Counted from the stretch's first letter, positions 19,142-29,745 are shown. The stretch: 60,919 nt of DNA from a virus (IMGVR_UViG_3300042991_000522:1-60919); one strand, 5' to 3'. Program-made: numbers and translations. The notes: a model not told the origin generated them from the letters alone.

Positions 19142-19347
19142 TTATTTTTTTTTAATTTATTTTTTCTTAATATTCTTTGCTCATTTGAATATGAACATTC
19201 TTCATATATTTCGTAAAAAATATAATTCCATTTAGTTTTTGATAAAGAAATAATAGCAAAATTTAAATCTTGTGTTTCTGAGAAACCTAAATTTCCACAA
19301 AAATAAAGACCTGTTTTTTTATTTTTGTGTACTACCTTTTCTGTCAT
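19138..19347 (-). CDS. class B small protein
   Basis: KNKKTGLY...RKNKLKK. Confidence 0.7.
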   Translation of the reverse strand: MTEKVVHKNKKTGLYFCGNLGFSETQDLNFAIISLSKTKWNYIFYEIYEECSYSNEQRILRKNKLKKNK

Positions 19348-19513
19348 TTCTTAATTTTTTTTCTTTTTCTTTTTCTTTTTTATGATAATCCATATAAGGA
19401 TCATACCAAGACGGCTTTTTATTTGGATTTATAAAATCATATCTTGAAAAAATAAGAAAAAAACAAATACCTATAAAAACTATTACTGATAAAACTATTA
19501 CTAATGTATTCAT
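19319..19513 (-). CDS. small membrane-anchored protein
   Basis: N-terminal TM, in operon. Confidence 0.55.
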   Translation of the reverse strand: MNTLVIVLSVIVFIGICFFLIFSRYDFINPNKKPSWYDPYMDYHKKEKEKEKKLRNDRKGSTQK

Positions 19514-19788
19514 AACTTTTCCAATTTTTTTATTTTTTCGTTTCTATCTCCCTTTAAATATGGTTTAATTTCATTGAAAAAAAATGTATAACTTACCCAT
19601 CCTTGTTTGGATGATTCTGTACTGAACCATACAATAGCCTTTGATGAAAGTGGTTCTAAATATAATCCATTAAAATCCATTTTCATATTTACTATTACAC
19701 CAACACCCAAATCGGTTTCAACTTCTTGTCCTAAATAAAATCTGGGCAAATCTGAAAGAGACTCTTTTGCTCTTTTATAGTCATTCAT
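19510..19788 (-). CDS. class B small protein
   Basis: FYLGQEV...RNEKIKKL. Confidence 0.75.
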   Translation of the reverse strand: MNDYKRAKESLSDLPRFYLGQEVETDLGVGVIVNMKMDFNGLYLEPLSSKAIVWFSTESSKQGWVSYTFFFNEIKPYLKGDRNEKIKKLEKL

Positions 19789-20345
19789 TTTACAATCAAT
19801 TCGTTTAAATAATCAAACATTTCTTTATAATCAGATTCTTTTCTGAAATGAAAAAATTTATAACATTTATCAAAAATATTATCTTTCAAAGATTTTTGAA
19901 AATGCTTTTGCTCTTTTTGATACATTTTAAACATTCTATTATTAGTATCTAAACTATATTTAACGTTTGCAATTCTATCACAAAGCTTTACAAATTTTGC
20001 ATATTTAGTTCTCTTAATACCTCTGTAGTATTTTTTGTTGGCTCTTTCGGCTCTTGTCCTACCCTTTTCGTTGGTACATGCATATGCAAGTTCAGCAACT
20101 ATTTCATTAGTTGCATTTTTAACATCATTAACTGTTAATCCACAATCTTCGATAGTATCATGTTCCCATATACCACCAATTACATTATTTCTATCTTTTT
20201 CTGGAATAAGATGAATGAATCTGACACCAATATTAACAGCCATTTGTAAATGAGTTTCACCATATGGTTTACCATTATATAAATGGTTAACTGCTTTATG
20301 AGCTTCAATAGAATGAGTCTTTGATATTTCTATTATGTTTTTCAT
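19785..20345 (-). CDS. HD-domain phosphohydrolase, RelA/SpoT-hydrolase (Mesh1/SAH)-like
   Basis: AH...PY..HL, HDTIED, VKLCDRIAN motifs; TATCTTTG at 20350-20357 (-). Confidence 0.8.
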   Translation of the reverse strand: MKNIIEISKTHSIEAHKAVNHLYNGKPYGETHLQMAVNIGVRFIHLIPEKDRNNVIGGIWEHDTIEDCGLTVNDVKNATNEIVAELAYACTNEKGRTRAERANKKYYRGIKRTKYAKFVKLCDRIANVKYSLDTNNRMFKMYQKEQKHFQKSLKDNIFDKCYKFFHFRKESDYKEMFDYLNELIVK

Positions 20346-20367
20346 GCTACAAAGATAAATAAAAATA

Positions 20368-20562
20368 TTAAATTAGATTAATTTTGTTTAATTTATTTTT
20401 TCTTTCTCTATTTAATAATGATAATTTAACCAACTTATACATCTTGGTACTTGCAATAAAACAACCCTCTTCACTCATATAAATTATTTGATCCTCTTTC
20501 AAATAAGGATTTTCATAGATAGGCATATAATTTGGTATATCATGTGCATTATATATTATCAT
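20368..20562 (-). CDS. class B small protein
   Basis: RKNKLNKI. Confidence 0.7.
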   Translation of the reverse strand: MIIYNAHDIPNYMPIYENPYLKEDQIIYMSEEGCFIASTKMYKLVKLSLLNRERKNKLNKINLI

Positions 20563-20569
20563 CTATTTT

Positions 20570-20944
20570 TTAATTTTTAATATTTTTTAGGTTATTTAAT
20601 TTTTCTTGTCTTAAAAAGTAATTTATATTTTTAATATCATTAGAGCCAAATTTATCAGTACCCTTATAAATTTCATCTAATATTTTATACTTTTCTATTA
20701 ATGTATCTTCCCATTCCATTACATCAAATAAGTGTTCTGTTTTATTTGATGTGTTAATTTCTAATGCTTCTTTTAATTTATCAATATTACTCTTAATGAA
20801 AATACCACTTTGCATAGTATAATGATCAGATTTTATAAAACAATTTAGAAATTTATTATATTCATTTATTAGATATAAATTATATTTATAATAAACGCCA
20901 GTAGGGTAATAAACACAATTATCTTTTATGATACTTATTGACAT
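20570..20944 (-). CDS. class B protein
   Basis: RQEKLNNL. Confidence 0.7.
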   Translation of the reverse strand: MSISIIKDNCVYYPTGVYYKYNLYLINEYNKFLNCFIKSDHYTMQSGIFIKSNIDKLKEALEINTSNKTEHLFDVMEWEDTLIEKYKILDEIYKGTDKFGSNDIKNINYFLRQEKLNNLKNIKN

Positions 20945-20955
20945 TTTTATTTATA

Positions 20956-21237
20956 CTATTTTTTTTGAAAACACTCTTTCCAAAATGAAGTTTTACCAGC
21001 AAAATAGTGACAACCAGTTAATTGTTGATAAATAGCATAAGCATTATCATTAAAATACTCCATATCTTCTTTTGTTCTATCTGGAAAATTTTTTTTAAAT
21101 AACTCTTCTCCTTTTTTTCTATATTCCGTTGCTTTTTCCCAACTAACATTAGAAGAATTAGTTATTTCATATATTTGATTACAAAATGGAATTACTGTTT
21201 CAAGAACTAATAAATTATGTGGATCATCAAGTATCAT
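20956..21237 (-). CDS. hypothetical protein
   Basis: ORF in operon. Confidence 0.65.
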   Translation of the reverse strand: MILDDPHNLLVLETVIPFCNQIYEITNSSNVSWEKATEYRKKGEELFKKNFPDRTKEDMEYFNDNAYAIYQQLTGCHYFAGKTSFWKECFQKK

Positions 21238-21245
21238 ATTTTTAA

Positions 21246-21518
21246 TTATTTATTTTCTCTATTTTTACCTAAATGATAACCATCGCAATAAATGCACTTA
21301 TACACAGAGAAATGTTTATCCATTTTCTTTTTCATACTTTCTGCTGCTTTTTGTGCTGTCTCTTTCGTATTATACATCACCTTGAGCTTACCATTATCTC
21401 TCTGGTGGCTTCTAATACTAAATAGACCCCAAGCATTACCTGTAATAATAAAGTTCCTAAAAGCTCTATTTAAAGGTCCCTGGTCATATAGTGCTAATAT
21501 TAAATTTTTAAATTTCAT
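21246..21518 (-). CDS. hypothetical protein with CxxC-H motif
   Basis: YKCIYCDGYHLG. Confidence 0.7.
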   Translation of the reverse strand: MKFKNLILALYDQGPLNRAFRNFIITGNAWGLFSIRSHQRDNGKLKVMYNTKETAQKAAESMKKKMDKHFSVYKCIYCDGYHLGKNRENK

Positions 21519-21526
21519 TTTTATTC

Positions 21527-21754
21527 TTAAAATGTATTATAAAAAGGATCTTCAGTATAAAACACAACACTATTCATTCCATCATCAGAATGACCTTTTT
21601 GAAGTCTACCTTCTTTAACTAATCTATTTGCTACTTTAATTTCAATTCTAGTTAGCAGTTTTCTCAAAACTGGAAACTCTGATGAAATAGATAGTAAATA
21701 TTCTTCAGCTTCTTTTATAGCATATTGTTCTTTCATTGTTAAATTTTTTTTCAA
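21527..21754 (-). CDS. hypothetical protein
   Basis: ORF in operon; start uncertain. Confidence 0.6.
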   Translation of the reverse strand: MKKNLTMKEQYAIKEAEEYLLSISSEFPVLRKLLTRIEIKVANRLVKEGRLQKGHSDDGMNSVVFYTEDPFYNTF

Positions 21755-21775
21755 AATTAATAATAATAAATGAAA

Positions 21776-22216
21776 TTAAAAAATATTTTTAAACAGCTTT
21801 TTAAAAAAGTTAATTTTTAATTCTATTTTAGCTTCTTTTGAATCTTCTAATTTTTCTAATGCTATTAACTTATTTCTTCTTGTATTTATATTTAAAAACT
21901 CTGATATTTTTTTAATATTTTCCTTATCTTTTTCATTTTTAAGTATATCATATTTTATATTTTGTAGATTTTTAGCTTCTTTATGAAGTTTTTTCATTAG
22001 ATTATCATCTTTAAATTTATAAGAATATGGTTTATGTATTTCAACATTATTAAAAGTAGAAACGTTTAATTCAAACTGGTCTTTTATTCTTCTTAAACCC
22101 ATAATAGATGTTTCCCATATTTCTGGTTCATTTTTTAAACTCTTAATTATAGTTTCTACTAATAAAAATTCAAAGTTGTTATTATTATTATTATTATTAT
22201 TATTCATAGTGTTCAC
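21776..22216 (-). CDS. class B protein with N-terminal poly-Asn
   Basis: (AAT)n tract; RRNKLIAL. Confidence 0.65.
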   Translation of the reverse strand: MNTMNNNNNNNNNNFEFLLVETIIKSLKNEPEIWETSIMGLRRIKDQFELNVSTFNNVEIHKPYSYKFKDDNLMKKLHKEAKNLQNIKYDILKNEKDKENIKKISEFLNINTRRNKLIALEKLEDSKEAKIELKINFFKKLFKNIF

Positions 22217-22280
22217 ATTTTAAAATTTATAATATAAATATAATATTTTTTAATTAAATAAAAAAATTTATATATAATAT

Positions 22281-23321
22281 ATGATAAAAAAGTTTACTAG
22301 TTTTAATAAATTAAACGAGAGTCCAGATAGTATTTTTTTTAATAATAAAAAAAGCACATATAAATCTGATGATGCTGTACCTTTTTCAATTTTTAAAAAT
22401 TTAAAAACCGATGAATATTTTTTATATGTGCATAATAAAAAAGGTGTAACACACTATGAAATGCAGTATGTTCCATATGGAAACGAAAAGATGCCAAAGT
22501 ATGAAAAAATATGGAGTATATTTTATGGTAGATTATGGTTAGATAGTAAAGTTATAGCTTTTTGGAAGATACCTTTAAAAAATAGAATAGAGGGAAAAAA
22601 TATTTTAGATATTGAGCAATATTACAAAGAAAAAATACCAACCAATAAGGAAAATGATATTGATGTATTTAATTATTATATGAAAGATTTAAAAAACAAA
22701 TTAGTAAAAAGAGGATTTATAAGTAAAAATGAGGATATGGGTGAATGGTACATTGAAACTACTAATGAACTTGATTTTATAAAAGTTAAAGATTTTACGG
22801 GGGATTTTACACCAAATGAAGATGAACTTAAATATCATTTAATGAAAAGTGAAGACGAGAGAAGAAAATTTAGAACAAAAAAATATTTTGGTAATGTAGA
22901 TGATTCTAAACCACTTAAATTTAAACAAGCATTATTAAAATCAGAAAAATTAATAAATGAAAGTATTGTTGATGAAGAATCATTAATTAATAAAATAAAA
23001 GATATTATTAATGAAATATCTAATGATGCTTATGATGATGATGATAATGAGTTATTAAATATAGATGATTGTCCATTTTATACTGAAATAAATATATTAT
23101 ATCAACAAGAATATATAGAAGAGTTGTATTGGGATTATGAGTGGTCAGAAAATTTAACAATAGGAGAATTTAGAAGAGTATATAAAAAATTAATTTCAGA
23201 AGCAGAAAAAACAATAATTAAGCAATTAGAGGATAATCCAAAATTATATGACGAATATAAAGATTACATTTATATAGATGTTCCAGATTGGATAGTTCAA
23301 CAAAATAAATATAATATATGA
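22281..23321 (+). CDS. large class A protein
   Basis: MIKKFTSFNKLNES...internal KLINES...NKYNI. Confidence 0.8.
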   Translation: MIKKFTSFNKLNESPDSIFFNNKKSTYKSDDAVPFSIFKNLKTDEYFLYVHNKKGVTHYEMQYVPYGNEKMPKYEKIWSIFYGRLWLDSKVIAFWKIPLKNRIEGKNILDIEQYYKEKIPTNKENDIDVFNYYMKDLKNKLVKRGFISKNEDMGEWYIETTNELDFIKVKDFTGDFTPNEDELKYHLMKSEDERRKFRTKKYFGNVDDSKPLKFKQALLKSEKLINESIVDEESLINKIKDIINEISNDAYDDDDNELLNIDDCPFYTEINILYQQEYIEELYWDYEWSENLTIGEFRRVYKKLISEAEKTIIKQLEDNPKLYDEYKDYIYIDVPDWIVQQNKYNI

Positions 23322-24315
23322 TAGCAAAATATAATATATTTGAAAGTGCTGGTTTATTTCGTGCTAGTGATTGGAAAAATAATGATATTGATAAAGTAAA
23401 AAGTATTATTAAAAATAGTAAAAAAATAAAAATTTTGATATAGATTATAGAGATTGGAACAACCGCACACCACTAATAAATGCTGCCGATAATAACAATT
23501 TAGAAATGGTAAAAGTGTTAATAGATGCTGGAGCTGATGTTAATGCAAAAACAAGAGAATCATTAACACCATTAATTGCTGCATCATATAAAAAAAATTT
23601 AAAAATGATGTTATTATTAATAGATGCTGGTGCAGATTGGAATATAAAAATTAGAAATATAACATCCAAATCAGTATATTTTTATGAAAATTTACCTGAA
23701 AATATGCAAAAAATAATAAGAGAAAAATATCCAGAAAAATATAATGAACTTAAAAAAATACTTGATAAAGAGGAAATGATTCTAAAAAAATACAAACCAG
23801 CAGAAGAATTAATGTATGCAGCAGCAAATGCAGATATAAATAAAGTTAAAATGTTAATCAATAAAGGAGTAGATATAAATATAAAATTTGATCCAAATAT
23901 TAACAATGGTGGTAATAATAATAAAAATAAAACCGCTTTAATTTTTGCATTAGCAGCTATTTTTAGAAGTGGTAAAACTCCAATAGTTGTTGATGAATTA
24001 ATAAATGCTGGAATAGATTTAAATGTACAAGATAACGAACATGGACGTACTGCATTAATAGAGGCTGCATATATGAGTAATATTGGTTGGTCAGGAGATA
24101 GAAGTAATGGATTATATTCAGAAACTTATGAATATATTGAAATGCTAAAAAACTTAATTAAAGCTGGTGCAAAATTAGATATTAAAGATAATTATGGTAA
24201 AGAATTTTTTTATTATTTAAAAAATGATATTAAAGAAATTTTAATAAGAGAATTTCCTAAAAATGATTATTTTATTAAAAAAGAAATGGATATAAATATA
24301 ATATATAATATATGA
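23318..24315 (+). CDS. class A ankyrin-repeat protein; frameshift in an A7 run (23420-23426)
   Basis: MIAKYNIFE start at 23318; TPLINAA, TPLIAAS, GADVNAK, GRTALIEA repeats; ends IYNI. Confidence 0.75.
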
Positions 24316-24668
24316 AACACTTAAAAAAATATGAATCAAGTAAAAAAGATATAGAATTTGTAAATAACCTTAAAAAATATTCTATATTAAAATATACAAA
24401 TGATTTATTTGAAATATTAGAATTAATATCATTCGAAGATAAAGAAAGAGAATTTTATGAAAATCGTTCATGGGAAGAAAAATATGCGACATTCTTAATA
24501 AAATATAATATAGAGTATGGAAACCTAATTAAAGTATTGAAAAAAACCAGAAAATCTATATCATATTCAGATATTAAATATAGAACAATATATACATCAG
24601 ATGATTTGAATGATTGCTTAAAAGAAATGGAATTAGAAATATCAACAAAAAAAAAATATAATATATGA
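24312..24668 (+). CDS. class A protein
   Basis: MKHLKKYE...YTSDDLNDC...KKYNI. Confidence 0.8.
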   Translation: MKHLKKYESSKKDIEFVNNLKKYSILKYTNDLFEILELISFEDKEREFYENRSWEEKYATFLIKYNIEYGNLIKVLKKTRKSISYSDIKYRTIYTSDDLNDCLKEMELEISTKKKYNI

Positions 24669-24973
24669 AAAATTTAAAAACATACGAAGCAAAAAAAGTA
24701 AGTGATTACGTAAAATATTATCCATACTTATATAAATTATTTGAATGTACAGTAAGAATAGATGATAGATATGGCGAAATTAATATAATTCTTGAGAAAC
24801 AAAATTTCAATCAAAATGATATCAAAAATCTACATGAAAATTTTAAAGATTTAGATATAATCATTAAAAATAAAAATTATAGTACATTTGTGATTATTCG
24901 TATAGAAAATGTACCATGGAGTTTTTTTAAACCATTTGATTTAGATATAGATGCAAATAAATATAATTTATAA
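24665..24973 (+). CDS. class A protein
   Basis: MKNLKTYE...NKYNL; paralogue of 49998..50309. Confidence 0.8.
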   Translation: MKNLKTYEAKKVSDYVKYYPYLYKLFECTVRIDDRYGEINIILEKQNFNQNDIKNLHENFKDLDIIIKNKNYSTFVIIRIENVPWSFFKPFDLDIDANKYNL

Positions 24974-25267
24974 TTATTTTTTAAATAATTTATAACCTAA
25001 ATATATCATATAAATTAAAATTAATACCACTCCAACAGGTATAGCAATCATCAAAAATCTAATAGACAAGATAATTAATATAATTGCCATTATTATTATA
25101 AATATAATAAACATGGTTATTATGGAACCAGCTCTTATGAAATCTAAAAATGTTGGTAGTTTAGAATAGTTAACCAATTTATCATTTAAAAGCTTTTTTT
25201 GAATGGCTAACTTACCAAAAAAATAACACACCAACAACGCCAATCCAAAACCTATTAAAATTTTCAT
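24974..25267 (-). CDS. membrane protein
   Basis: three hydrophobic segments. Confidence 0.65.
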   Translation of the reverse strand: MKILIGFGLALLVCYFFGKLAIQKKLLNDKLVNYSKLPTFLDFIRAGSIITMFIIFIIIMAIILIILSIRFLMIAIPVGVVLILIYMIYLGYKLFKK

Positions 25268-25271
25268 GTCT

Positions 25272-25493
25272 TTAAAATTTAAATTTTATTTCTCTATCAT
25301 CAATCATTCTATTGAATTCTCCCAATATTGCTTTTTCTTGTTTATCAATATGACCATCTTCTGTTGCGATATGAATAATTTTATCATATTCTACACGTGT
25401 TATAAAACCATCTTTAATGGCTTTTTCAACAGCTTCTCTTAAATTTAAAGCACTTTGACTAACCTTAGCATCATCTAACAATTTGTGTTTCAT
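25272..25493 (-). CDS. small helical protein with two DGxI motifs (TerB/EF-hand-like)
   Basis: AIKDGFIT..E, ATEDGHID..E; TATATTTG at 25526-25533 (-). Confidence 0.6.
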   Translation of the reverse strand: MKHKLLDDAKVSQSALNLREAVEKAIKDGFITRVEYDKIIHIATEDGHIDKQEKAILGEFNRMIDDREIKFKF

Positions 25494-25542
25494 AATTTAT
25501 TTTTTACTTGTTTATAATTAAAGCACAAATATAATAAAAATA

Positions 25543-26562
25543 TTAATCACGGTCATTATAATCTTTATAATAATCAATAAAAATTGGCATAATTTTCACT
25601 TTATATAATTGTCTTAATATTTCATTTATTTGCATAATATTTTTATTTGCTTTTGTTTTTCTAAATGTTTCATCTTCAATGTGATATTCCCAAACTCTTT
25701 CCCAATACCTACGTTCAATATATTGACAGTCTAATATCCATTCATAAAAACCAGTGGTATTAATATCAAATGTATCTTCTATCCATTTTTCTAAATCAGA
25801 TAAAAAATATGCTTTTTCTAATCTTGGCCAATATTTTTCTTTTTCATAATATAATCTATTAACACCAGGATATATAATTCCAATGGAATCTTGAGAACCT
25901 GATATTATTTTTGTTCCTGGAATATTTTCAAATCCAAATAATGTTTTAGCTAATATTTCTTTATCATCATTAGGAATATTTGTTTTCCACAATTCAATAG
26001 CTTTCTTACGTGTACTACTTGACATACCACTTCTATCATTAAAATTGTAATCTGGATATACACTTATAGTAATTACATTACCTGGACAATATTTTGAAAC
26101 AAATGGTTGATCTAACCAACCACCAGCTAAATCAAGACGATAAGGAATATTACAAATTGATCTGAGTTCTGTTGTTGAACGTGCTGGTAATCCATCGTGT
26201 GGTATTCTTTTACTAACTATTAATTCTGTGCCTGTATCATTGCAAATCTTTATTTTATCTGGTGTAAATCCATCATCATTAACAAAGAAAATGTCAGGCT
26301 TTAACATTACAAATTCATCTTTAAAATCAATTAAACCTTCACCGCTATTAATCCACGCATCTTTTACATACTTAATAGATTTAACCATAAAAAGTCTTTC
26401 AATATCTGTATTAATTGTGGTTCTACCTTTCAATTTTTGTATTGTGCTATCTGATCCTATACCAACATATAAATCACCATATTCGGATGCTTCTTTAAAA
26501 AAGGCAACATGCCCACTATGTAACATATCAAAACAACCAGATACAAAAACTTTTTTATTCAT
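25543..26562 (-). CDS. cytidylyltransferase fused to an N-terminal part of a GHMP-kinase-like domain
   Basis: GCFDMLHSGH (HxGH), RSTT, PYRLDLAGGWLDQP, SGMSSS, SGSQD. Confidence 0.8.
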   Translation of the reverse strand: MNKKVFVSGCFDMLHSGHVAFFKEASEYGDLYVGIGSDSTIQKLKGRTTINTDIERLFMVKSIKYVKDAWINSGEGLIDFKDEFVMLKPDIFFVNDDGFTPDKIKICNDTGTELIVSKRIPHDGLPARSTTELRSICNIPYRLDLAGGWLDQPFVSKYCPGNVITISVYPDYNFNDRSGMSSSTRKKAIELWKTNIPNDDKEILAKTLFGFENIPGTKIISGSQDSIGIIYPGVNRLYYEKEKYWPRLEKAYFLSDLEKWIEDTFDINTTGFYEWILDCQYIERRYWERVWEYHIEDETFRKTKANKNIMQINEILRQLYKVKIMPIFIDYYKDYNDRD

Positions 26563-27319
26563 TAATTAAATTTAATTTAATTTCAATTTCTCTGATAGTA
26601 TCATTGTATATATTATTATATAGTATCTTTTTAGAGTCAAAATAGTAAATATTCTTACTATTTTGACATATATGTTCAGTAACATAGTCATCATATTCCA
26701 TACTAAAATATAGATATAAACTCCTTATAAAATCATTATAAAATAATAATCTACCAGAACCTATAATACTATCATTATCAGCTTTTATAGATTGTTCCAC
26801 TACAAATTTTGGATGTAACAATTCTTTATAATAATATGTGTTTATATCTATATTAATTTTATTTTTATTTATTATAGAATCAAAAATATTATAGAACAAA
26901 TGATTATTATTTATATTAATAGAATTAAATTCAAATGGATATAAAACTATTATATTTTTATATAATTTTTTAGATATTTCTATTAATAATCTCTTTGAAT
27001 CTATATAGTCATTTGTATTATATTTAAATGGTAAGTTTATATTAATAGCGCCATTGTAGGCATTCCAAAATTCTGTTGTACCATATATGATTATATTATT
27101 ACAATTTTTTGAATAGTGATCAATAATTTTTAATGTATAATCTATATTTATAGAATAATATAAATCTTTATCTAAATTCTCTCTTCGTTCTGAAAAACAT
27201 AAATAAACTCTATCATATTTTTCATTTGTAAATTGTATATTTCTTGATGATATTTTTTCATATTCATTTGGAAAATATTTAGCTAATTGTGATGTGTTTC
27301 CTATTACTAAATTTTTCAT
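26555..27319 (-). CDS. NAD-dependent epimerase/dehydratase-like protein
   Basis: N-terminal Rossmann-like LVIGNTSQLA; YxxxK (YIDSK). Confidence 0.6.
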   Translation of the reverse strand: MKNLVIGNTSQLAKYFPNEYEKISSRNIQFTNEKYDRVYLCFSERRENLDKDLYYSINIDYTLKIIDHYSKNCNNIIIYGTTEFWNAYNGAININLPFKYNTNDYIDSKRLLIEISKKLYKNIIVLYPFEFNSININNNHLFYNIFDSIINKNKINIDINTYYYKELLHPKFVVEQSIKADNDSIIGSGRLLFYNDFIRSLYLYFSMEYDDYVTEHICQNSKNIYYFDSKKILYNNIYNDTIREIEIKLNLINE

Positions 27320-27320
27320 A

Positions 27321-28072
27321 TTATTTTAAATAATTTTTTGAATCTTCATAAAATTCTTCAGATAATTCGCTACCTATATAATTACAATTTTTGTTTATAC
27401 AACCTTTTGCAGTTGTACCTATGCCCATAAATGGATCATATATTAAAGAGTTTTCTGGAAAATATATATGAATTAGTTTTTCAACCAATTCGCTTGAAAA
27501 TGATGCTTTTAAATTTGATTTAAATCTATCATTATTTTTTGCTTCTATTAAATTTGTATAATTTTTATAAAATTTTTGACCAGTTTTTTCATTAATTTTA
27601 CTAACTTCTTTGTTAGTTAAAAATGTATGTAAACTATCTTTTTTTACTATTATATAAATTAATTCGCAAATCCTGCTTAATTTTGTCGGCGAAGTTTGAA
27701 ACGGTATGCTACTTTTTTTTTTTTTTTCCAGCTTATCACATCTGCAAGTGCTAAGTTGGTTCTTTTATATATCTCTGTAATTAGTAATTGTGGTAATATT
27801 GGATTTTCGTTGTGGTATGATATATTGTAACATATTACTCCATCATCTCTGAGTATTCTCTCAAATTCTTTAAATTCATTTAATCTAGTATTTATATAAT
27901 CATATTCTGATAAATTATCATTATCACTATAACCATTATTATAATAGCAATCATTTCTTTTTGTTGTGACATTGTATGGGGGTGATGTTATAATTCCAGA
28001 TATAAATTTGTCTGGCATTTTACTCATTGTAATTAAATTATTTTCATTATAAATTTTATTTATTTCAACCAT
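27321..28072 (-). CDS. beta-class N4/N6 DNA methyltransferase, split at an A15 tract (27713-27727)
   Basis: TSPPY in 27677..28072; shifted frame continues to YDPFMGIGTT...IGSEL and TAA at 27321. Confidence 0.85.
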
Positions 28073-28137
28073 AAATTAAAAGTGTTTTTTATTTTATAGA
28101 ATAAAGGATCATAAAAGTTTTATATATAAATCAATAA

Positions 28138-29289
28138 ATGATAATTCAAAAGACAATAAAATTCAAAGTAAATTCTAAAGATATAAAATATTATAATAAT
28201 TTAGGTTATAATATAAATTCTTGTGCTGAAATAGAAATACCAATAATAGATTTGCAAAAAGGTAGCAGTAGAAAAATAGAAGCTGTGTGTGATATATGCG
28301 GAAATAAAAAAAACATATCATATAAAGATTATAATATAAATATTAAAAAAACTAATATTTATTGTTGTTGTTCAAGATGTGCAAACATTAAAAGAGAAAA
28401 AACTAATATTGAAAAATATGGTAAAAAATATCAAGTTGAAACTAATAATTTTAAAATTAAATCTAAACAAACAAAAATAAAAAAGTATGGTGATGAAAAT
28501 TATACAAATAGAATAAAATATAAAAAAACTTGTCAGAAAAAATATAATTGTGAAAATGTATTCGAAATAGAAGAAGTTAAAATTAAATTAAAGAAAACCA
28601 AATTAGAAAGATATAATAATGAAAATTTTACAAACAGAGAAAAGGCAATAACGACTAATTTAAAAAAATATGGTAAAAAATATTATAATAATCATGAAAA
28701 AGCCATAAAAACCAATTTAGAAAAATATGGTGTTAAAAGTATATTTGAATTATTATATCACAATAAATTTCATAATTATAATAATCTTTATAATTTTGAT
28801 ATTAAAAATTGGTTTAAAAATAATCCTGATGAAATAAAAAAGAGACAAATATGGATGTCATCAGATGAATTTAAACAAAAATCAAAAAAAACCTGTAATG
28901 AAAAGTATGGTGTATCTCATCCTATGCATATAGATTCGGTTGTTTTAAAAAATCATATATCTGGGTATTGGTTAAAAAAATATAAAGAGACAGAATTATA
29001 TTATAGAGGAACATATGAGTATGATTTTTTAGATAAATATTATAATAAAATAGGTATTAAAAACTGTGATTCCCTATATTATACTTTTGATAATAAAAAA
29101 AGAAAATATTATCCAGATTTTTTTATTGAACGTTTAAATTTAATAGTTGAAATAAAATCTACTTACACTTATAATAGATGTTTAGAGTTAAATTTAGAAA
29201 AGAAGTCTCAATGTATAAAAAATGGATTTAATTATATTTTTATTATTGATAAAAACTATACAGAATTTGAAAAATTTTTAAAATATTAA
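28138..29289 (+). CDS. putative homing endonuclease: Zn-ribbon, KTNxEKYG repeats, C-terminal PD-(D/E)xK (TnsA-like) domain
   Basis: CDICG, repeated EKYG units, YYPDFF..LIVEIKS. Confidence 0.7.
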   Translation: MIIQKTIKFKVNSKDIKYYNNLGYNINSCAEIEIPIIDLQKGSSRKIEAVCDICGNKKNISYKDYNINIKKTNIYCCCSRCANIKREKTNIEKYGKKYQVETNNFKIKSKQTKIKKYGDENYTNRIKYKKTCQKKYNCENVFEIEEVKIKLKKTKLERYNNENFTNREKAITTNLKKYGKKYYNNHEKAIKTNLEKYGVKSIFELLYHNKFHNYNNLYNFDIKNWFKNNPDEIKKRQIWMSSDEFKQKSKKTCNEKYGVSHPMHIDSVVLKNHISGYWLKKYKETELYYRGTYEYDFLDKYYNKIGIKNCDSLYYTFDNKKRKYYPDFFIERLNLIVEIKSTYTYNRCLELNLEKKSQCIKNGFNYIFIIDKNYTEFEKFLKY

Positions 29290-29745
29290 CATTCCCGCTA
29301 AAATACTAACAAATGCTGAAATTTCAATCCACCAAGTTAAGTTTTTAATCTTTAATGATGATAATAATATTGATGCTAAAATAAATACGCCAAGTGGTAT
29401 CCATGAACTAATAATTCCAATTCCAATTAATGCACCTCCAATACCAATAGCTGCACCAACACTATGAACAATATCTGTATGATCCTTTTTCATTTTAAAT
29501 TGTGTTGAAGCTCCAACAAAGCATAAACCTGATCCAGATATAAAAAATAATGATGTCTGTTCATTTCCTTGGAATAACATTAAAATACCAATAGACCAAC
29601 AAAATAAAACAAATAAAAAACTTAATTTTAATGGTTTAAGTCTATACCAAGACTCAGAAATTGATGGTAGTGGACCTTTAAATTTAATCCATAAAAAAAT
29701 GACATAGGATAAAAATATTAATCCTTGTAATAATGTTAGTATCAT
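29278..29745 (-). CDS. multi-pass membrane protein
   Basis: LPSISESWY, about 5 TM segments. Confidence 0.75.
   Translation of the reverse strand: MILTLLQGLIFLSYVIFLWIKFKGPLPSISESWYRLKPLKLSFLFVLFCWSIGILMLFQGNEQTSLFFISGSGLCFVGASTQFKMKKDHTDIVHSVGAAIGIGGALIGIGIISSWIPLGVFILASILLSSLKIKNLTWWIEISAFVSILAGMLIF

Noticed and set aside
22176-22206. (AAT)n microsatellite encoding poly-Asn
   Set aside because: In-frame triplet slippage is expected in AT-rich DNA; no evidence of a role
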